A stretch of DNA of 64,000 bases from an uncultured Pelagibacteraceae bacterium (GCA_902518415.1 CABYGA010000002.1:6705-70704); one strand, 5' to 3'. Shown: positions 1 to 12,734, counted from the first letter of the stretch. The notes: a model not told the origin generated them from the sequence alone. Made by a program: numbers and translations.

Positions 1-346
1 TATAATCATCGTTTCTTTTCTTAACGCTATCATTTGTAGTGCTTTTTTCAGGATCATATGCATTTTCTGTCCCAGTTTGATTTGAAAGATGATTTTTTTG
101 CCATTCATATTTTTTGTCTTCAGAGGCCTTTGACTTAGACGTGAACCTGAGCCAATTATTCCACTCTGGATTAACGTAGGTAGATTCGACCTCATCAGCA
201 TATATAACCCAGCGTTTAGTATCTTTTTTGTTATGGTAGTATTTATTGCCTTGGCTATCTACTCCTACAGGAATACCACTAAAATACGTCCATAACCGGG
301 TTCCAAGTGTTTGGCCATTCCACCATGTAAAAATTTCTCTCAGCAT
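1..346 (-). CDS. NADH:ubiquinone oxidoreductase subunit NDUFA12-family protein (3' end runs off window)
   Basis: Not in the ORF track. Manual translation from ATG at 346 gives MLREIFTWWNGQTLGTRLWTYFSGIPVGVDSQGNKYY...KRWVIY...VNPEWNNWLR, the NDUFA12 pattern. The gene is often next to nrdJ in alphaproteobacteria. Confidence 0.85.
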   Translation of the reverse strand, partial: MLREIFTWWNGQTLGTRLWTYFSGIPVGVDSQGNKYYHNKKDTKRWVIYADEVESTYVNPEWNNWLRFTSKSKASEDKKYEWQKNHLSNQTGTENAYDPEKSTTNDSVKKRNDDY

Positions 347-457
347 AAAATCAGTCTATATTTATTTAAATTAACAGTTTTTTCAACAAAATTTAAATTA
401 TAGTGACTGTTTAAATCATTGAAATAAATACATATTTTAATATTAACCACAATTACA

Positions 458-504
458 GCACCTTATATTGTGGTTGAATATTTTTTTTACACAACATATT
501 GACT
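458..504 (+). promoter_or_regulatory. Tandem NrdR boxes upstream of nrdJ
   Basis: GCACCTTATATTGTGG (458-473) and ACACAACATATTGACT (489-504) resemble acaCwAtATaTwGtgt and start 31 bp apart. The second overlaps a TTGACT -35-like hexamer (499-504). Confidence 0.7.
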
Positions 505-641
505 TCATTTTTCAAATAATAAATATTGGATTTCTAGAAAGTTACTCATTTAACATTCTGGTAATAAATCGGTCGGAACCATTCTTAACTTGTTCTTGAT
601 TTAAATTGCTATTGTAGCGTTATTATTAATAAGGAAAAAAA

Positions 642-3600
642 ATGAAAATAAATAGAGAGTTTACAAGTGATAACCAATCCCCATATCAAAATATTAAATT
701 TAAAAAAGTTTCTACAGAAATAAGAAATCCTGATGGATCAATCGTTTTTGAATTAAAGGATTTCGAAGTTCCTGAGCAGTGGAGTCAAGTTGCAAGTGAT
801 ATACTTTCACAAAAATATTTTAGAAAAGCTGGTGTTCCCAATAAACTAAAGAGGACTGAGGAAAGAAATATACCCTCTTGGCTTTCTCCGAGAGCAGCAG
901 ACGAAGAATCAAGTGACCTCAATTACTCATCAGAGAAAAACTCTCAACAAGTTTTTGATAGACTAGCTGGAGCTTGGACATATTGGGGATGGAAAGGTGG
1001 ATATTTCTCATCTGAAGAAGACGCAAAAGCTTTTTTTGATGAAGTAAGATTTATGTTGGCCAATCAAATGATTGCTCCTAATAGTCCTCAGTGGTTCAAT
1101 ACTGGACTGAATTGGGCATATGGCATAGATGGACCATCTCAAGGTCACTTTTATGTTGACCATGAAAACGGCAAACTTACTAGATCATCCAGTTCCTATG
1201 AAAGGCCCCAACCACATGCTTGTTTTATACAAAGCGTAGATGATGATCTTGTTAATGATGGTGGAATCATGGACCTTTGGGTTAGAGAGGCTCGATTATT
1301 CAAATATGGTTCAGGAACAGGAACAAATTTCTCTAGTCTAAGAGGTTCCACAGAAGGATTGTCGGGCGGTGGAAAATCGTCAGGCTTAATGAGTTTTTTG
1401 AAAATTGGAGATAGAGCTGCTGGTGCAATAAAATCTGGCGGAACTACAAGAAGAGCAGCTAAAATGGTTGTCGTAGACATTGATCATCCAGATATAGAGG
1501 AGTTTATAAAGTGGAAAGTTACGGAGGAACAAAAAGTTGCGTCCATCGTGACTGGTTCAAAAATATGCTCAAAACACCTTAAAAGCATTATGAACGCCTG
1601 TCACAACTGTGAAGCAGATGGAGAAAGCTGCTTTGAACCCTCAAAAAATCCTGCTCTGAAAAGGGAAATTATCGCTGCAAGGCAAAACGAAGTGCCTGAG
1701 AATTATATCCAAAGAATAATTCATTTTGCAAAACAAGGATATAAATCAATAGAATTCGAAACTTATAATACGGATTGGGATTCAGAAGCTTATGTAACAG
1801 TTTCGGGTCAAAATTCTAACAACTCTGTGCGTGTAACAGATGAATTTCTTGACGCAGTTATAAATGACAAAGAATGGAATTTAGTTAATAGGGCCGATGG
1901 GTCAATTAATAAAACCGTGAATGCAAAAGAATTATGGGATCAGGTTGGCTATTCAGCTTGGGCGTGTGCAGACCCTGGAATACAGTTTCATACAACAATT
2001 AATGACTGGCACACATGTCCTGAGAGCGGAGAAATTCGTGCTTCAAACCCATGTTCAGAGTATATGTTTCTAGATAATACTGCATGTAACTTAGCTTCGC
2101 TCAATTTAATGACATTTATGGATGAAAATAAGTGTCTTAATACTTCGTTATTCAAGCATGCTGTAAGAATCTGGACTCTAATATTAGAGATATCAGTTAT
2201 GATGGCACAATTTCCTTCTAAAGAAATTGCTAAGTTATCTTATGAATACCGAACTCTTGGATTAGGATACGCAAACCTAGGTGGATACCTAATGTCTAAA
2301 GGTGTTGCTTACGACAGTGAAGAAGGTAGATCTAACTGTGCGGCTATAACATCATTGATGACAGGCATATCTTATGCAACTTCAGCAGAAATTGCATCTG
2401 AACAAGGTCCTTTCCCTGGCTATCAACAGAATGCAAAAAATATGCTTCGAGTAATAAGAAATCATAAGAGAGCGGCTTATGGTAATGCTGAAGGATATGA
2501 AGACTTAAATATTAATCCTGTGCCATTTATTGTTGAAAACTTAAGAGACACTAATCTTGGTATGGAAGCCCAAAAAGCTTGGGATGAAGCTTATGAAGGG
2601 GGCCAAAAGTACGGATATAGAAATGCTCAGACCACAGTTATAGCACCTACTGGTACGATTGGACTAGTTATGGACTGTGATACGACTGGAATTGAACCTG
2701 ATTTCGCAATGGTTAAATTTAAGAAACTTGCGGGTGGAGGATACTTTAAAATCATAAATAGAACTGTTCCGGAAGCATTAAAACAATTGCAGTATACTGA
2801 TGAAGAAGTTGAAGAAACAATAAATTATGCTGTAGGATATGGGACTTTAAAAGATGCTCCTTTCATTAATCACGAGTCACTTAAAGAAAAAGGCTTTGAT
2901 GATGAGCAGCTAAATTTGCTAGAACAAAACCTAAAGAATGTTTTTGATATAAGATTTTCATTTAATTCATTCACTTTAGGAAAAGAATTTTGCTCAGAAA
3001 AATTAAATATCTCAGATGAACAGTTAGCTGATATGAATTTTAATATGTTAGCTTTCTTGGGTTTCTCTAATGAAGAAATAGATGAGGCGAATACATATTG
3101 TTGCGGGACAATGACTCTAGAGGGTTCTCCTTATATTAAGGAAGAACATTTATCTGTTTTTGACTGCGCAAATCCATGTGGAAGAATAGGTAAAAGATTT
3201 TTGTCTGTTGAAAGTCATATAAGAATGATGGCAGCTGCTCAGCCGTTTATTTCAGGAGCAATTTCCAAGACAATTAATATGCCTTCTGACTCAGATGTAG
3301 AAGATTGCAATGAAGCCTACCTTCTCTCTTGGAAGCTAGGAACAAAAGCCAATGCATTGTACCGAGATGGATCAAAACTAAGTCAGCCACTTGCGTCTAA
3401 ACTAGTTGAAGATGAAGATGTTGCAGAGTCTGAGCAAATTGATGCAAGGCAAACTCAAGTTGAGAAGACGATTGCTGTTGCTCAAGAAGCAGTAAATTCA
3501 ATTGTTTACGGATCAAGAAATAAGGTTCCTGACAGACGAAAAGGATACATACAAAAGGCAATTGTTGGTGGTCACAAAGTTTATCTTCATACAGGAGAAT

Positions 3601-4235
3601 ATGAAGATGGTAGTTTAGGTGAAATATTTATCGATATGCATAAAGAGGGCGCATTTCTGAGAAGCTTAATGAATAACTTTGCCATTGCTATTTCTATAGG
3701 ACTTCAATATGGAGTGCCGCTTGAGGAATACGTTGAGGCATATACATTTACAAGATTTGATCCTGCTGGTGTTGTTCAAGGAAATAACAGAATAAAAAAT
3801 GCCACATCAATTCTAGATTATGTATTTAGAGAATTAGCTGTTTCTTACTTAGGTAGGAATGACCTAGCTCACGCTGATAATACTGATGTTGATTTTTCAC
3901 TTGGCACAGGTGCCGAGGAAGGAACGCTTAAAAACAATGAGATACCTTGGAAACTAGTTAAAAAAGTATCAAGCCAAGGTTACTTAAGAGGTCAAGATGG
4001 TCTTTCGGTAGTAAGCTCCTCTGGAGATATGGGTGTTGTAACTGCAGAGCAAGCAGTGTCAAGTAGTGGTGCTTTATCTACAGGAACATCGGATGCATCA
4101 ATGAGTAGAGTTCAAGCGGCAAGGATGATGGGCTACGAGGGTGATTCATGCCCTGAGTGTGGTTCATTTACATTAGTAAGAAATGGAACTTGTCTCAAAT
4201 GCGATACTTGTGGAGCTACTACAGGCTGTTCTTAA
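642..4235 (+). CDS. nrdJ: Class II adenosylcobalamin-dependent ribonucleotide reductase with fused C-terminal TSCPD domain
   Basis: [33 protein letters not shown] motifs; C-terminal [11 protein letters not shown] and CPECG...[14 protein letters not shown]. Confidence 0.95.
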   Translation: MKINREFTSDNQSPYQNIKFKKVSTEIRNPDGSIVFELKDFEVPEQWSQVASDILSQKYFRKAGVPNKLKRTEERNIPSWLSPRAADEESSDLNYSSEKNSQQVFDRLAGAWTYWGWKGGYFSSEEDAKAFFDEVRFMLANQMIAPNSPQWFNTGLNWAYGIDGPSQGHFYVDHENGKLTRSSSSYERPQPHACFIQSVDDDLVNDGGIMDLWVREARLFKYGSGTGTNFSSLRGSTEGLSGGGKSSGLMSFLKIGDRAAGAIKSGGTTRRAAKMVVVDIDHPDIEEFIKWKVTEEQKVASIVTGSKICSKHLKSIMNACHNCEADGESCFEPSKNPALKREIIAARQNEVPENYIQRIIHFAKQGYKSIEFETYNTDWDSEAYVTVSGQNSNNSVRVTDEFLDAVINDKEWNLVNRADGSINKTVNAKELWDQVGYSAWACADPGIQFHTTINDWHTCPESGEIRASNPCSEYMFLDNTACNLASLNLMTFMDENKCLNTSLFKHAVRIWTLILEISVMMAQFPSKEIAKLSYEYRTLGLGYANLGGYLMSKGVAYDSEEGRSNCAAITSLMTGISYATSAEIASEQGPFPGYQQNAKNMLRVIRNHKRAAYGNAEGYEDLNINPVPFIVENLRDTNLGMEAQKAWDEAYEGGQKYGYRNAQTTVIAPTGTIGLVMDCDTTGIEPDFAMVKFKKLAGGGYFKIINRTVPEALKQLQYTDEEVEETINYAVGYGTLKDAPFINHESLKEKGFDDEQLNLLEQNLKNVFDIRFSFNSFTLGKEFCSEKLNISDEQLADMNFNMLAFLGFSNEEIDEANTYCCGTMTLEGSPYIKEEHLSVFDCANPCGRIGKRFLSVESHIRMMAAAQPFISGAISKTINMPSDSDVEDCNEAYLLSWKLGTKANALYRDGSKLSQPLASKLVEDEDVAESEQIDARQTQVEKTIAVAQEAVNSIVYGSRNKVPDRRKGYIQKAIVGGHKVYLHTGEYEDGSLGEIFIDMHKEGAFLRSLMNNFAIAISIGLQYGVPLEEYVEAYTFTRFDPAGVVQGNNRIKNATSILDYVFRELAVSYLGRNDLAHADNTDVDFSLGTGAEEGTLKNNEIPWKLVKKVSSQGYLRGQDGLSVVSSSGDMGVVTAEQAVSSSGALSTGTSDASMSRVQAARMMGYEGDSCPECGSFTLVRNGTCLKCDTCGATTGCS

Positions 4236-6031
4236 TCTTCTTCAGCGGGTATTACTTTTAGGTTCAGCTCATCTAAAGTCTTAGCATCAACTTCTGCCGG
4301 CGCAAGCATCATGAGGTCCTGTGCCTGTTGATTCATAGGGAATAAGATTACCTCCCTAATATTTTTTTCTTGAGCAAGAAGCATTACAATCCTGTCAATC
4401 CCAGGAGCTATACCGCCATGAGGTGGTACTCCGTAAGAAAAGGCGTTAATCATTCCCCCAAATTTATCTTGTACTTGTTTTTTAGTATAACCACTTATTT
4501 CAAAAGCCTTGTACATAATTTCTGGTATGTGATTTCTAATGGCTCCAGATGATAGCTCAATACCATTGCAAACAATATCGTATTGATATCCTAGAACATC
4601 TAAAGGATCACTATTTTCTAATGCTTCTAATCCACCTTGTGGCATAGAAAATGGGTTATGACTAAAATCAATTTTACCTGTGTCCCTATCCTGCTCGTAC
4701 ATTGGAAAATCTATAATCCAACAGAATCTAAATACATCTTTTTCGATAAGATCGAGAATCTCTCCGATTTTATTTCTTGCTGCTGCAGCAATATCATATA
4801 CCAACTTACCTTTATCACATGCAAAGAATATGGAATCTCCTGAATTTAAATTTGCTTTTTTAGCAATTTCTAATTGAATATTGCTTGGTATAAATTTTGC
4901 AATTGGGCCTTTTCCAGTAAGTATGCCATCTACTTCTTCAAAAATAATATAGCCAAGACCAGGAGCATTCATTTCTTTTTTTGCCCAATTGTTTAAATTA
5001 TCAAAAAAACTTCTTGGTTGCATTGAAGATTTTGGTGCAGGTATCCCTAGTACTCGCCCACCAGCATCTATAACTTTTTTGAAAGCCTTGAATTCAACAG
5101 CGTCATCAGAAAATTCTTGAGTAATATCACATACCTCAATTGGATTTCTTAAATCTGGTTTGTCTGTTGCATACTTTTTCATTGCTTCTTTGTAGGTAAT
5201 TCTTGGAAAAGGCAAATCAGTCACTTTAAAATTTGAAAACTTTTTAAATACTGAAGATAAAACGGGTTCAATGGCATTAAATACATCATCTTGTTCAACA
5301 AATGCCATTTCCATATCTAATTGATAAAATTCACCAGGACTCCTATCTGCTCTGGCATCTTCATCTCTAAAACAAGGAGCAATTTGAAAATATTTATCAA
5401 ACCCTCCTGCCATTATTAATTGTTTAAATTGTTGAGGAGCTTGAGGTAAGGCGTAAAATTTTCCAGAATGAATTCTGCTTGGAACAAGATAATCTCTAGC
5501 ACCTTCGGGGCTTGATGCAGTTAAAATGGGTGTCTGCATTTCAAGAAAGCCAGCCTCGGACATTAACACTCTTATATAGGAAATAATTGATGATCTTAAT
5601 ATAATGTTATTATGCAATTCTTCTCTTCTAATGTCTAAAAATCTATACTTTAATCTTATTTCTTCAGGATAATCATTTTCACCAAATACAGGCATTGGTA
5701 ATTCATTTGCAGCAGAAAGAACTTCTAACGCATCAACAGAAATCTCGATTTTACCAGTTGCTAGGGACTCATTAATGGTTTCTTTATCACGCTTAATAAC
5801 TTTACCATCTATTTTAATGACAGACTCAGCCCTTAGACTTTCAAATTCTTTTAATAGCTTTGTATTTGTTTTTTCAATGACACACTGAGTTACGCCATAA
5901 TGGTCTCGCAAATCAATAAATAAGACATTGCCATGATCTCGCTTACGATTAATCCATCCAGCGAGTATGACGTCTTTATTTTCATCGCTTTCCTTTAACT
6001 CGTTACAATTATGTGTTCTATATTTTGCCAT
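4232..6031 (-). CDS. aspS: Aspartate-tRNA ligase, probably non-discriminating
   Basis: YRTHNC N-terminus, [41 protein letters not shown]. His in RDHG is typical of non-discriminating AspRS. Confidence 0.96.
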   Translation of the reverse strand: MAKYRTHNCNELKESDENKDVILAGWINRKRDHGNVLFIDLRDHYGVTQCVIEKTNTKLLKEFESLRAESVIKIDGKVIKRDKETINESLATGKIEISVDALEVLSAANELPMPVFGENDYPEEIRLKYRFLDIRREELHNNIILRSSIISYIRVLMSEAGFLEMQTPILTASSPEGARDYLVPSRIHSGKFYALPQAPQQFKQLIMAGGFDKYFQIAPCFRDEDARADRSPGEFYQLDMEMAFVEQDDVFNAIEPVLSSVFKKFSNFKVTDLPFPRITYKEAMKKYATDKPDLRNPIEVCDITQEFSDDAVEFKAFKKVIDAGGRVLGIPAPKSSMQPRSFFDNLNNWAKKEMNAPGLGYIIFEEVDGILTGKGPIAKFIPSNIQLEIAKKANLNSGDSIFFACDKGKLVYDIAAAARNKIGEILDLIEKDVFRFCWIIDFPMYEQDRDTGKIDFSHNPFSMPQGGLEALENSDPLDVLGYQYDIVCNGIELSSGAIRNHIPEIMYKAFEISGYTKKQVQDKFGGMINAFSYGVPPHGGIAPGIDRIVMLLAQEKNIREVILFPMNQQAQDLMMLAPAEVDAKTLDELNLKVIPAEED

Positions 6032-6064
6032 GCTTTAAATTCAAGTTCATATATAGTTTGATTT

Positions 6065-6907
6065 ATGAAAATAGTCCAAGACAATAAATCTCTCAAAAAT
6101 CTATGCAAAATACTTAAAACACAGAAAGTTATCTATTTAGATACAGAGTTTAAAAGAGACAGAACATACTGGCCAAAACTATGTACTATTCAATTTAAAA
6201 CACAGCGAAACGTGTATTTAGTGGATATGCTTCTAATTGAACAGATAAATATGAATGATCTAAAAGAAATATTAATAGATAAAAAGTTCAGAAAAGTAAT
6301 TCATTCAGCCAAACAAGATATTGAGGTAATTAATTACGCTTTAGATATCAAAATCAAAAACATTTTTGACACTCAAATGGCCTATAAGGCACTAAATGGA
6401 GGCGATGAAATCGGCTATACAAATTTAGTGGAAAAACTTTTTAAAATAAAATTGTCTAAAAAGTACCAAGTTTCAGATTGGGAATCAAGGCCACTTAGTA
6501 AAGATCAGCTAGCATATGCAGAAAATGATGTTTTATATTTACCAAGAATTTATACTTATCTAATTAATTTTATAAAAAAAAGAAACTTAATTAATAAAAT
6601 TAACAATAAAAACCACGAACTAACTGAGAATAATGACATTTATAATCCAAAGTTTGCATATAAAAAAATTAAAACAAAAAATTTTAATCAAAAAGAAAAA
6701 ACTCTACTAAAAAAATATTCTAAATGGAGAGAGGTCTGTGCACAAAACCTAAATATACCTAGGAACTGGGTTATTTCTGATAAAAATCTAATCAAAGCAT
6801 CTAAAAGTAAAGAGGTTGGTTTAGAAAAAAATAAAAAAATGTACAATCAGCAACTAAGTAAATTTATTGATTATATTAATTCAAAAAATCTCTCAAAAAA
6901 GGGATAG
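6065..6907 (+). CDS. rnd: Ribonuclease D
   Basis: DTEF, HSAKQD, FDTQ, SDWESRPLS..QLAYAENDV DEDDy exonuclease motifs plus a partial HRDC domain (WRE..AQ..NIPR). Divergent from aspS as usual. Confidence 0.88.
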   Translation: MKIVQDNKSLKNLCKILKTQKVIYLDTEFKRDRTYWPKLCTIQFKTQRNVYLVDMLLIEQINMNDLKEILIDKKFRKVIHSAKQDIEVINYALDIKIKNIFDTQMAYKALNGGDEIGYTNLVEKLFKIKLSKKYQVSDWESRPLSKDQLAYAENDVLYLPRIYTYLINFIKKRNLINKINNKNHELTENNDIYNPKFAYKKIKTKNFNQKEKTLLKKYSKWREVCAQNLNIPRNWVISDKNLIKASKSKEVGLEKNKKMYNQQLSKFIDYINSKNLSKKG

Positions 6908-7529
6908 TAATCTTGCTTTTAGTTTGCATGGAAGAAAAATTAATTTTTTCCATAAATTGATATAGTTTTGAATAATCTCTTTCAACTCGTTTAGTGAGAT
7001 ATTCTATTACATTAGTCTCTACTTTTAATTGAAGATCGCTAAAGAATTTAACTATTAAGATTTTTATTAGTTTATCATCTGGATCATCTATAAAAGAAGA
7101 AGTAAATGAATTAAATCTTGACCTTAAATCATTCAGTGAGATTTTAAAATTAGCGTCTGTGTCAACTGAACAAAGTATTTTAAATTTCTTGAGCGCTAAA
7201 TTATTATAAAAATGAAAAAAATCATTTTCTTTCTCCACTTTGAGATGATGCAAGTCATCAATTGCATAACTACAGCTAGATGACAAATTTTTCCAATTAC
7301 TTACTTCATTGCAATTAAGAAAAGTAGCGTTATTGTTAGCTGTCCATATTTTTAATAAGTGCGTCTTACCAGATTTTGACTTACCGTAGACAACCGCTGA
7401 GCCATTGAACCAATTATTTGTTTCATTAAGTAAAGATGAAACTTGCTGATTACTTTTACTAATAAAAAAATCATTAGGATCGAAATTTTCCACTTTACCT
7501 AAATCAAAAACTAACTGACCTTCATTCAT
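6876..7529 (-). CDS. hda: HdaA/DnaA regulatory inactivator
   Basis: QLVFDL clamp-binding motif at the N-terminus, GKSKSGKTHL P-loop, DLRSRF; purM neighbourhood. Confidence 0.8.
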   Translation of the reverse strand: MNEGQLVFDLGKVENFDPNDFFISKSNQQVSSLLNETNNWFNGSAVVYGKSKSGKTHLLKIWTANNNATFLNCNEVSNWKNLSSSCSYAIDDLHHLKVEKENDFFHFYNNLALKKFKILCSVDTDANFKISLNDLRSRFNSFTSSFIDDPDDKLIKILIVKFFSDLQLKVETNVIEYLTKRVERDYSKLYQFMEKINFSSMQTKSKITIPFLRDFLN

Positions 7530-8075
7530 CTAATCAATACTTTCCATCCAATATCTTATGTAAATAAACAACGATATTAATGTAGTAATTACAACGATCC
7601 CAATCAGTAATTCAATTAACCTCGTCTCATTTATCAAATTTTCAAATCCTGATGTATTGCCTAATAATGTAGCTATAACTAAAAAAAATTGAAAGAAAGT
7701 GTTCCACTTGCTTACTTTACTAGTTTTTAACTTAATTTTTATTCCTGCAAAAAATGTTATTACAAAAGAGCCTAAGATAATAATATCTCTTGATATGACT
7801 AGGATGATGATAAAAACTGGTAAAAGATTTGCTGTTCCGATTAATATATAGATTGATATTACAAATGCTTTATCGGCAATAGCATCTAAGTAGGAACCCA
7901 ATTCGGTTTCCGCCTTTAAAGACCTTGCTATAAATCCATCCAAAAAATCGCTAACGGCAATAAGGATTGTAAAAAGAGCTGCATAAAAAAATAAATCAAT
8001 TAATAGCAACCAAGCTACGATGGGAATAGTTATTAATCTGAATATTGATAATAAATTTGGAATATTCTTAGTCAT
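7530..8075 (-). CDS. CDP-alcohol phosphatidyltransferase family protein
   Basis: NIPNLLSIFR and SDFLDGFIAR...LGSYLDAIADK signature. Confidence 0.9.
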   Translation of the reverse strand: MTKNIPNLLSIFRLITIPIVAWLLLIDLFFYAALFTILIAVSDFLDGFIARSLKAETELGSYLDAIADKAFVISIYILIGTANLLPVFIIILVISRDIIILGSFVITFFAGIKIKLKTSKVSKWNTFFQFFLVIATLLGNTSGFENLINETRLIELLIGIVVITTLISLFIYIRYWMESID

Positions 8076-9144
8076 ACAAGCTAATTTTATAGTAAGGGCC
8101 CATATTAGCTACATCAATATTATTTTGAGACATTATTAATTCTAACTTATTATTATTGCCAGAAAAATTAATAACCCCTTCAACCGTAGACAAGTTAAAT
8201 GAAGTAACGTGGAAGGAATTAAGTAACTCTAAAGTTTCTAGTTCTGTTCTTAGTTTTACCCAATCATCGATTGAATTAATATCATAAACAAAATTATACA
8301 AAAACTTATCATTCGATTGTTTCGTTATATCAATCCAAACTGATAATAACTCAGAATTAATATCTTTAATAATTTGATCAAAAATATCACCTCTGTAAAA
8401 GCTATTTTCTTCTATGAATGTTTTTCTAAATACATTTTCTTTATTATTTGCTATGAGTTTAATAATAATATCAAATTTGATTTTATTATTTTCAACACTA
8501 GTTGGATTACACCAAATCAATATAGCGTCCTTGATATCGCTCACTAGATTTAAACTCGATCCTTCCAAGAATGTTGCTAAATCTAACTGATACATTTCAG
8601 ATGAAGAAAAAGTTGTTACATTCAAATTAATTTTACTTCCAATATTATTTATTTTTTTCCATTCTGTGTTCCATTTGTTAAACAATGTAAAGAAATCGAA
8701 GTGGTTTGAAAATGCAATATATGCAATTATGTCTTTTGAGCTCAGTTCTGAATATATTAAGGAACGAGATTCATAGAACTCTCTAACTTTAAATGGACTA
8801 AAGTAAACATTAAAGCTCCCACTATAAGTTTCAGATGATATTTTTTCATCAACAAACTCAATGCTTTCTACTAAATATTCATAATTAATATCATTTAATT
8901 TAATAATTTGATCGTAGTCGCTTGGTGCCAAAAGTTTTTTTGAAATTTTCTCAAATGCTAATTTTTCTGCTTTTGAAATTGCTAGATTTCTTACATTTAA
9001 ATTATTAACATAAGGAATTTTAACTTCAATATTCATTTCTGAAAAAAATAAATCGTCATTAGCCATAACGGAAAAATTAAAAAATAAGATTAAAATAACA
9101 GCGAGTAACTGTTTAATATGTTTAGCGAAAAATTGATAAATCAT
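8068..9144 (-). CDS. Exported hypothetical protein (DUF2066-like, conserved upstream of purM in alphaproteobacteria)
   Basis: Signal-peptide-like N-terminus, RNLAISKAEKLAF, WVKLRTEL and its position. Start uncertain (9144 or 9159). Confidence 0.6.
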   Translation of the reverse strand: MIYQFFAKHIKQLLAVILILFFNFSVMANDDLFFSEMNIEVKIPYVNNLNVRNLAISKAEKLAFEKISKKLLAPSDYDQIIKLNDINYEYLVESIEFVDEKISSETYSGSFNVYFSPFKVREFYESRSLIYSELSSKDIIAYIAFSNHFDFFTLFNKWNTEWKKINNIGSKINLNVTTFSSSEMYQLDLATFLEGSSLNLVSDIKDAILIWCNPTSVENNKIKFDIIIKLIANNKENVFRKTFIEENSFYRGDIFDQIIKDINSELLSVWIDITKQSNDKFLYNFVYDINSIDDWVKLRTELETLELLNSFHVTSFNLSTVEGVINFSGNNNKLELIMSQNNIDVANMGPYYKISLYD

Positions 9145-9159
9145 ATATATAGTAGACAA

Positions 9160-10206
9160 ATGAAAAAATTATCATACTCAAGTTCTGGTGTAAGTATCAA
9201 CAAAGGAAATGAGTTTGTAAGCAAAATTAGCAACTTAATCAAAAAAGATAAAGGTCTTATTAAGACTGAAATTGGAGGATTTTCAGGTCAATTCCCCTTA
9301 AGTACTAAAATTAAAAAGCCTATACTAGTTGGAGCAACAGATGGCGTAGGAACAAAAATTCAAATTGCAGAGGAAATGAATGACCATAAAACAATTGGTA
9401 TAGATTTAGTAGCTATGTGCGTGAATGACTTGATTGTTGATAAAGCAACTCCATTATTCTTTTTAGACTACATCTCAACTGGAAAATTAAATGTATCCAA
9501 AGGTGTTGATATAATTAAAGGGATAATAAAGGGATGTAAAATTTCACATTGTGCTTTACTAGGCGGTGAAACAGCCGAGCATCCAGGATATGGTACTAAG
9601 GAAAAATACGATTTAGCTGGTTTTTGTGTTGGAGTAAAAAGTGGTACTTCGAAGAAAGTTTTAAAATTAAAAAAAAATGATCTTATCATCGGAATCGAGT
9701 CGTCTGGAATCCACTCCAATGGCTTTTCACTCATCCGTAAAATTATAAAAGACAATAATATTAGTCTAAAAAAGAAAATTATCAAAAATAGTACATTAGG
9801 AAAAATATTATTAAAACCTACGCATATTTACGTTGATGTAATTCTTGATCTTTTTAGTAAAAATCTTATTAAGACTTGTTCACACATTACTGGTGGTGGT
9901 GTAACCGAGAACTTACCCAGGTCAATCAGTAAAAATACAAAGGCTGTAATAGATCTAAATAAATGGAAACTTCCAGCAATATTTAAGTGGATTAGTAGTT
10001 TTAATGTATCTCAAAATGAGATGTTGAGAACGTTTAATTGTGGCTATGGAATGGTAATCATTATTGATAAAAAAAATCTTAGTAGAGTTAGAAAAATTGT
10101 AAAAAAATACAAATTAAAATCAGATATAATTGGCAATGTTGACATAAAAAAATCTGCTAAAGAAAAAAGCATAAAATTTATTGGAAGACTTAATTTCAAT
10201 GATTAA
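9160..10206 (+). CDS. purM: Phosphoribosylformylglycinamidine cyclo-ligase
   Basis: TDGVGTK, GIDLVAMCVND, GGETAEHPG, SSGIHSNGFSL, HITGGG, TFNCG. Start taken at ATG 9160. Confidence 0.96.
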   Translation: MKKLSYSSSGVSINKGNEFVSKISNLIKKDKGLIKTEIGGFSGQFPLSTKIKKPILVGATDGVGTKIQIAEEMNDHKTIGIDLVAMCVNDLIVDKATPLFFLDYISTGKLNVSKGVDIIKGIIKGCKISHCALLGGETAEHPGYGTKEKYDLAGFCVGVKSGTSKKVLKLKKNDLIIGIESSGIHSNGFSLIRKIIKDNNISLKKKIIKNSTLGKILLKPTHIYVDVILDLFSKNLIKTCSHITGGGVTENLPRSISKNTKAVIDLNKWKLPAIFKWISSFNVSQNEMLRTFNCGYGMVIIIDKKNLSRVRKIVKKYKLKSDIIGNVDIKKSAKEKSIKFIGRLNFND

Positions 10207-10771
10207 AAAACCTATCGGGGTTTTTATATCTGGCAGAGGTTCTAACTTAGAAACGATTATCAATGCTTGTAAAGATGAAAACTTTCCAGCAAAAGTTGTA
10301 TGTGTTTTTTCTGACAACGCTAATGCGGCGGGTCTCCAATTTGCATTTAAAAATAATATTGATACTCATACTCTAGATTTAAATAATTTTGAGAGCAAAG
10401 ATCATTATGAAGAAGAGATTCTTAAACTACTAAAACCTTATAATATTGAGCTTATTTGTCTTGCTGGATATATGAAAATAATTACCAATAAATTAATTAG
10501 TAGTTTTCCAAATAGAATAATAAATATACACCCCTCCCTACTTCCTAAATTTAAAGGCCTTAATACTCACCAGAGAGCATTGGATGCGCAAGAAGTCGAG
10601 TCAGGATGTAGTGTGCATTATGTAAATAGTAAAGTTGATGATGGAAAAATCATTATGCAAACTTCTGTCGCTATTGAAAAGACAGATAATGCAGATACAT
10701 TGTCAAAAAAAGTTCTTAAAGCAGAACATGAGCTTTACCCTGCTTCGATACTAAAATTACTTAGGAAATAA
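10199..10771 (+). CDS. purN: Phosphoribosylglycinamide formyltransferase
   Basis: [28 protein letters not shown]. Confidence 0.96.
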   Translation: MIKKPIGVFISGRGSNLETIINACKDENFPAKVVCVFSDNANAAGLQFAFKNNIDTHTLDLNNFESKDHYEEEILKLLKPYNIELICLAGYMKIITNKLISSFPNRIINIHPSLLPKFKGLNTHQRALDAQEVESGCSVHYVNSKVDDGKIIMQTSVAIEKTDNADTLSKKVLKAEHELYPASILKLLRK

Positions 10772-11183
10772 TGTCTTCTTCTGAAAAAAATTGACTTATC
10801 TCAATTTTTGCATTTTCAAGGCTGTCGGAACCATGAATGGAGTTTTTTTCTAGTGATATTGCATATTTTTTTCTTATTGTGCCATCAGCGGCCTCTTCAG
10901 GGTTAGTAGCTCCCATAATTTCTCTATTTCTTTTTACAGCATCTTCCCCTTCGAGAACCTGAACTACAATTGGCCCGGAACACATAAAATCACACAAGCT
11001 TTGAAAAAAAGGTCTTTCTTTATGAACCTCATAAAATTTTGAAGCTTTTGACTTATCTAGTTTTAACCTCTTAGAAGCAACAACTCTCAATCCCGCATTT
11101 TCTAGCATTGCAGTGATTTCACCTATTTTATTTCTTTCAACTGCATCTGGCTTAATAATTGAAAATGTTCTTTCAGTATTCAT
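10761..11183 (-). CDS. ndk: Nucleoside-diphosphate kinase
   Basis: [19 protein letters not shown]. Confidence 0.97.
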   Translation of the reverse strand: MNTERTFSIIKPDAVERNKIGEITAMLENAGLRVVASKRLKLDKSKASKFYEVHKERPFFQSLCDFMCSGPIVVQVLEGEDAVKRNREIMGATNPEEAADGTIRKKYAISLEKNSIHGSDSLENAKIEISQFFSEEDIIS

Positions 11184-12694
11184 TATTTACCCTCATGATA
11201 TTTTGATACGAATTTGTTAAGAAGTTTGACGCCAAATGCAGTAGCCCCTTTTGGGGAAGTCGGCAAATTTGTTTTTGACCAAGTAGTTCCTGCAATATCC
11301 AAATGCGCCCAAGGGACTTTATTAACGAATCTTTGTAAAAACTGAGCTGCAGTAATAGAACCCGCTCCTCTTCCACTAGAAATGTTTTGCATATCTGCAA
11401 TTGGTGAGTTTATCATTTTATCAAATTTATCATGAAGTGGGAATCTCCATAGCTTCTCATCTTCAATCTTGCCGGCATCTTCCAGCTGCTTACTTAATTT
11501 GTCATTATTAGAGAATAATCCCGCATATTCATTGCCGATTGCAATAATTATTGCTCCAGTTAAGGTAGCTAAATCAACCATTAACTCAGGCTTGTATTTC
11601 TCTTGTGTATACCAAAGTGCGTCGGCAAGCACTAGCCTGCCTTCAGCGTCGGTATTTAAAACCTCTATTGTTTGACCTGAATAAGATGTCACTACATCAC
11701 TTGGCCTTGTAGCCATATTTCCAATATGATTTTCGACAAGACCTACAACGCCTATTACATTTGACTTAGCCTTTCTTAGCGCCAATGTCTTCATTAGGCC
11801 AATTACAACTCCTGAGCCTCCCATATCATATTTCATTTCTTCCATGCCACCTGCAGGTTTAAGTGAAACACCGCCTGTATCAAATGATACTCCTTTACCA
11901 ATAAACGCGATTGGTTTTTTCTTTTTGTTTTTATGACCTTTCCATTCCATAATAGCTAATTTGGACTCATGCTCACTTCCGCGACCAACACTTAGTAAAG
12001 ATCCCATACCTAATTTTTTCATTTCTTTTTCACCAAGAATCGTAACTTTCACACCTACTTTTTCAAGTGAGGCAGCATTTTTAGCCAATTCAGGTGGTGT
12101 CATAATGTTTGGAGGTTCCGTAACAAGATTCCTGGTCATAGTTACTCCGTCATGAATTGCTTTTACTGTTTCATAGTTTTTTTCTAATCTTGAATATTGA
12201 GATGAATAAATTTTGATTTTTGTTTTTTTGCTTATTTTTTTCCTATCTATTTTAGAAAAATATTTTGTGAACTTGTAAGATGCTAGCAAAAATCCTAATA
12301 GCAATTCACTTGTAGAGTTTACAAAACTTAGCTTAGAAGTACTAACTCCATCAGGATAAATAATAACGTTATGTTCTTTATAGAATTTTATAAGCGATAA
12401 AAGATTCCCCCCCAAAATCTGAAAGTCTCTATTTGAAGCATTAGTATAATTTTTTAATTTAAATATATATAGCTTTGAAAGGCTAAGATTTTGTGGACTA
12501 TGGACAACTAGATAATCAAAATTTTTTGATTTTCTAGACTTGAATGACTCATCAGAATTAATTGTATTGGATAGGTTCTTTTTTGAGAGCTGGTCTAATT
12601 TTTTACCATAACCAATCAACTTACATTTATAATCACAGAATGTAATGCCTATAGCACCTTTTTCTTGTTTTAAGTTATTAAATTGAATATCCAT
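11183..12694 (-). CDS. pepA: Leucyl aminopeptidase (M17)
   Basis: [41 protein letters not shown]. Confidence 0.95.
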   Translation of the reverse strand: MDIQFNNLKQEKGAIGITFCDYKCKLIGYGKKLDQLSKKNLSNTINSDESFKSRKSKNFDYLVVHSPQNLSLSKLYIFKLKNYTNASNRDFQILGGNLLSLIKFYKEHNVIIYPDGVSTSKLSFVNSTSELLLGFLLASYKFTKYFSKIDRKKISKKTKIKIYSSQYSRLEKNYETVKAIHDGVTMTRNLVTEPPNIMTPPELAKNAASLEKVGVKVTILGEKEMKKLGMGSLLSVGRGSEHESKLAIMEWKGHKNKKKKPIAFIGKGVSFDTGGVSLKPAGGMEEMKYDMGGSGVVIGLMKTLALRKAKSNVIGVVGLVENHIGNMATRPSDVVTSYSGQTIEVLNTDAEGRLVLADALWYTQEKYKPELMVDLATLTGAIIIAIGNEYAGLFSNNDKLSKQLEDAGKIEDEKLWRFPLHDKFDKMINSPIADMQNISSGRGAGSITAAQFLQRFVNKVPWAHLDIAGTTWSKTNLPTSPKGATAFGVKLLNKFVSKYHEGK

Positions 12695-12734
12695 ACATAT
12701 ATACCTTTAACAAAATATTGATATACTTGAGAAA

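Noticed and set aside
550..595. CtrA-like TTAA-N7-GTAA (550-564) and LexA-like ATTC-N7-GTTC (581-595) upstream of nrdJ
   Set aside because: Each has a mismatch and is likely by chance in AT-rich DNA.
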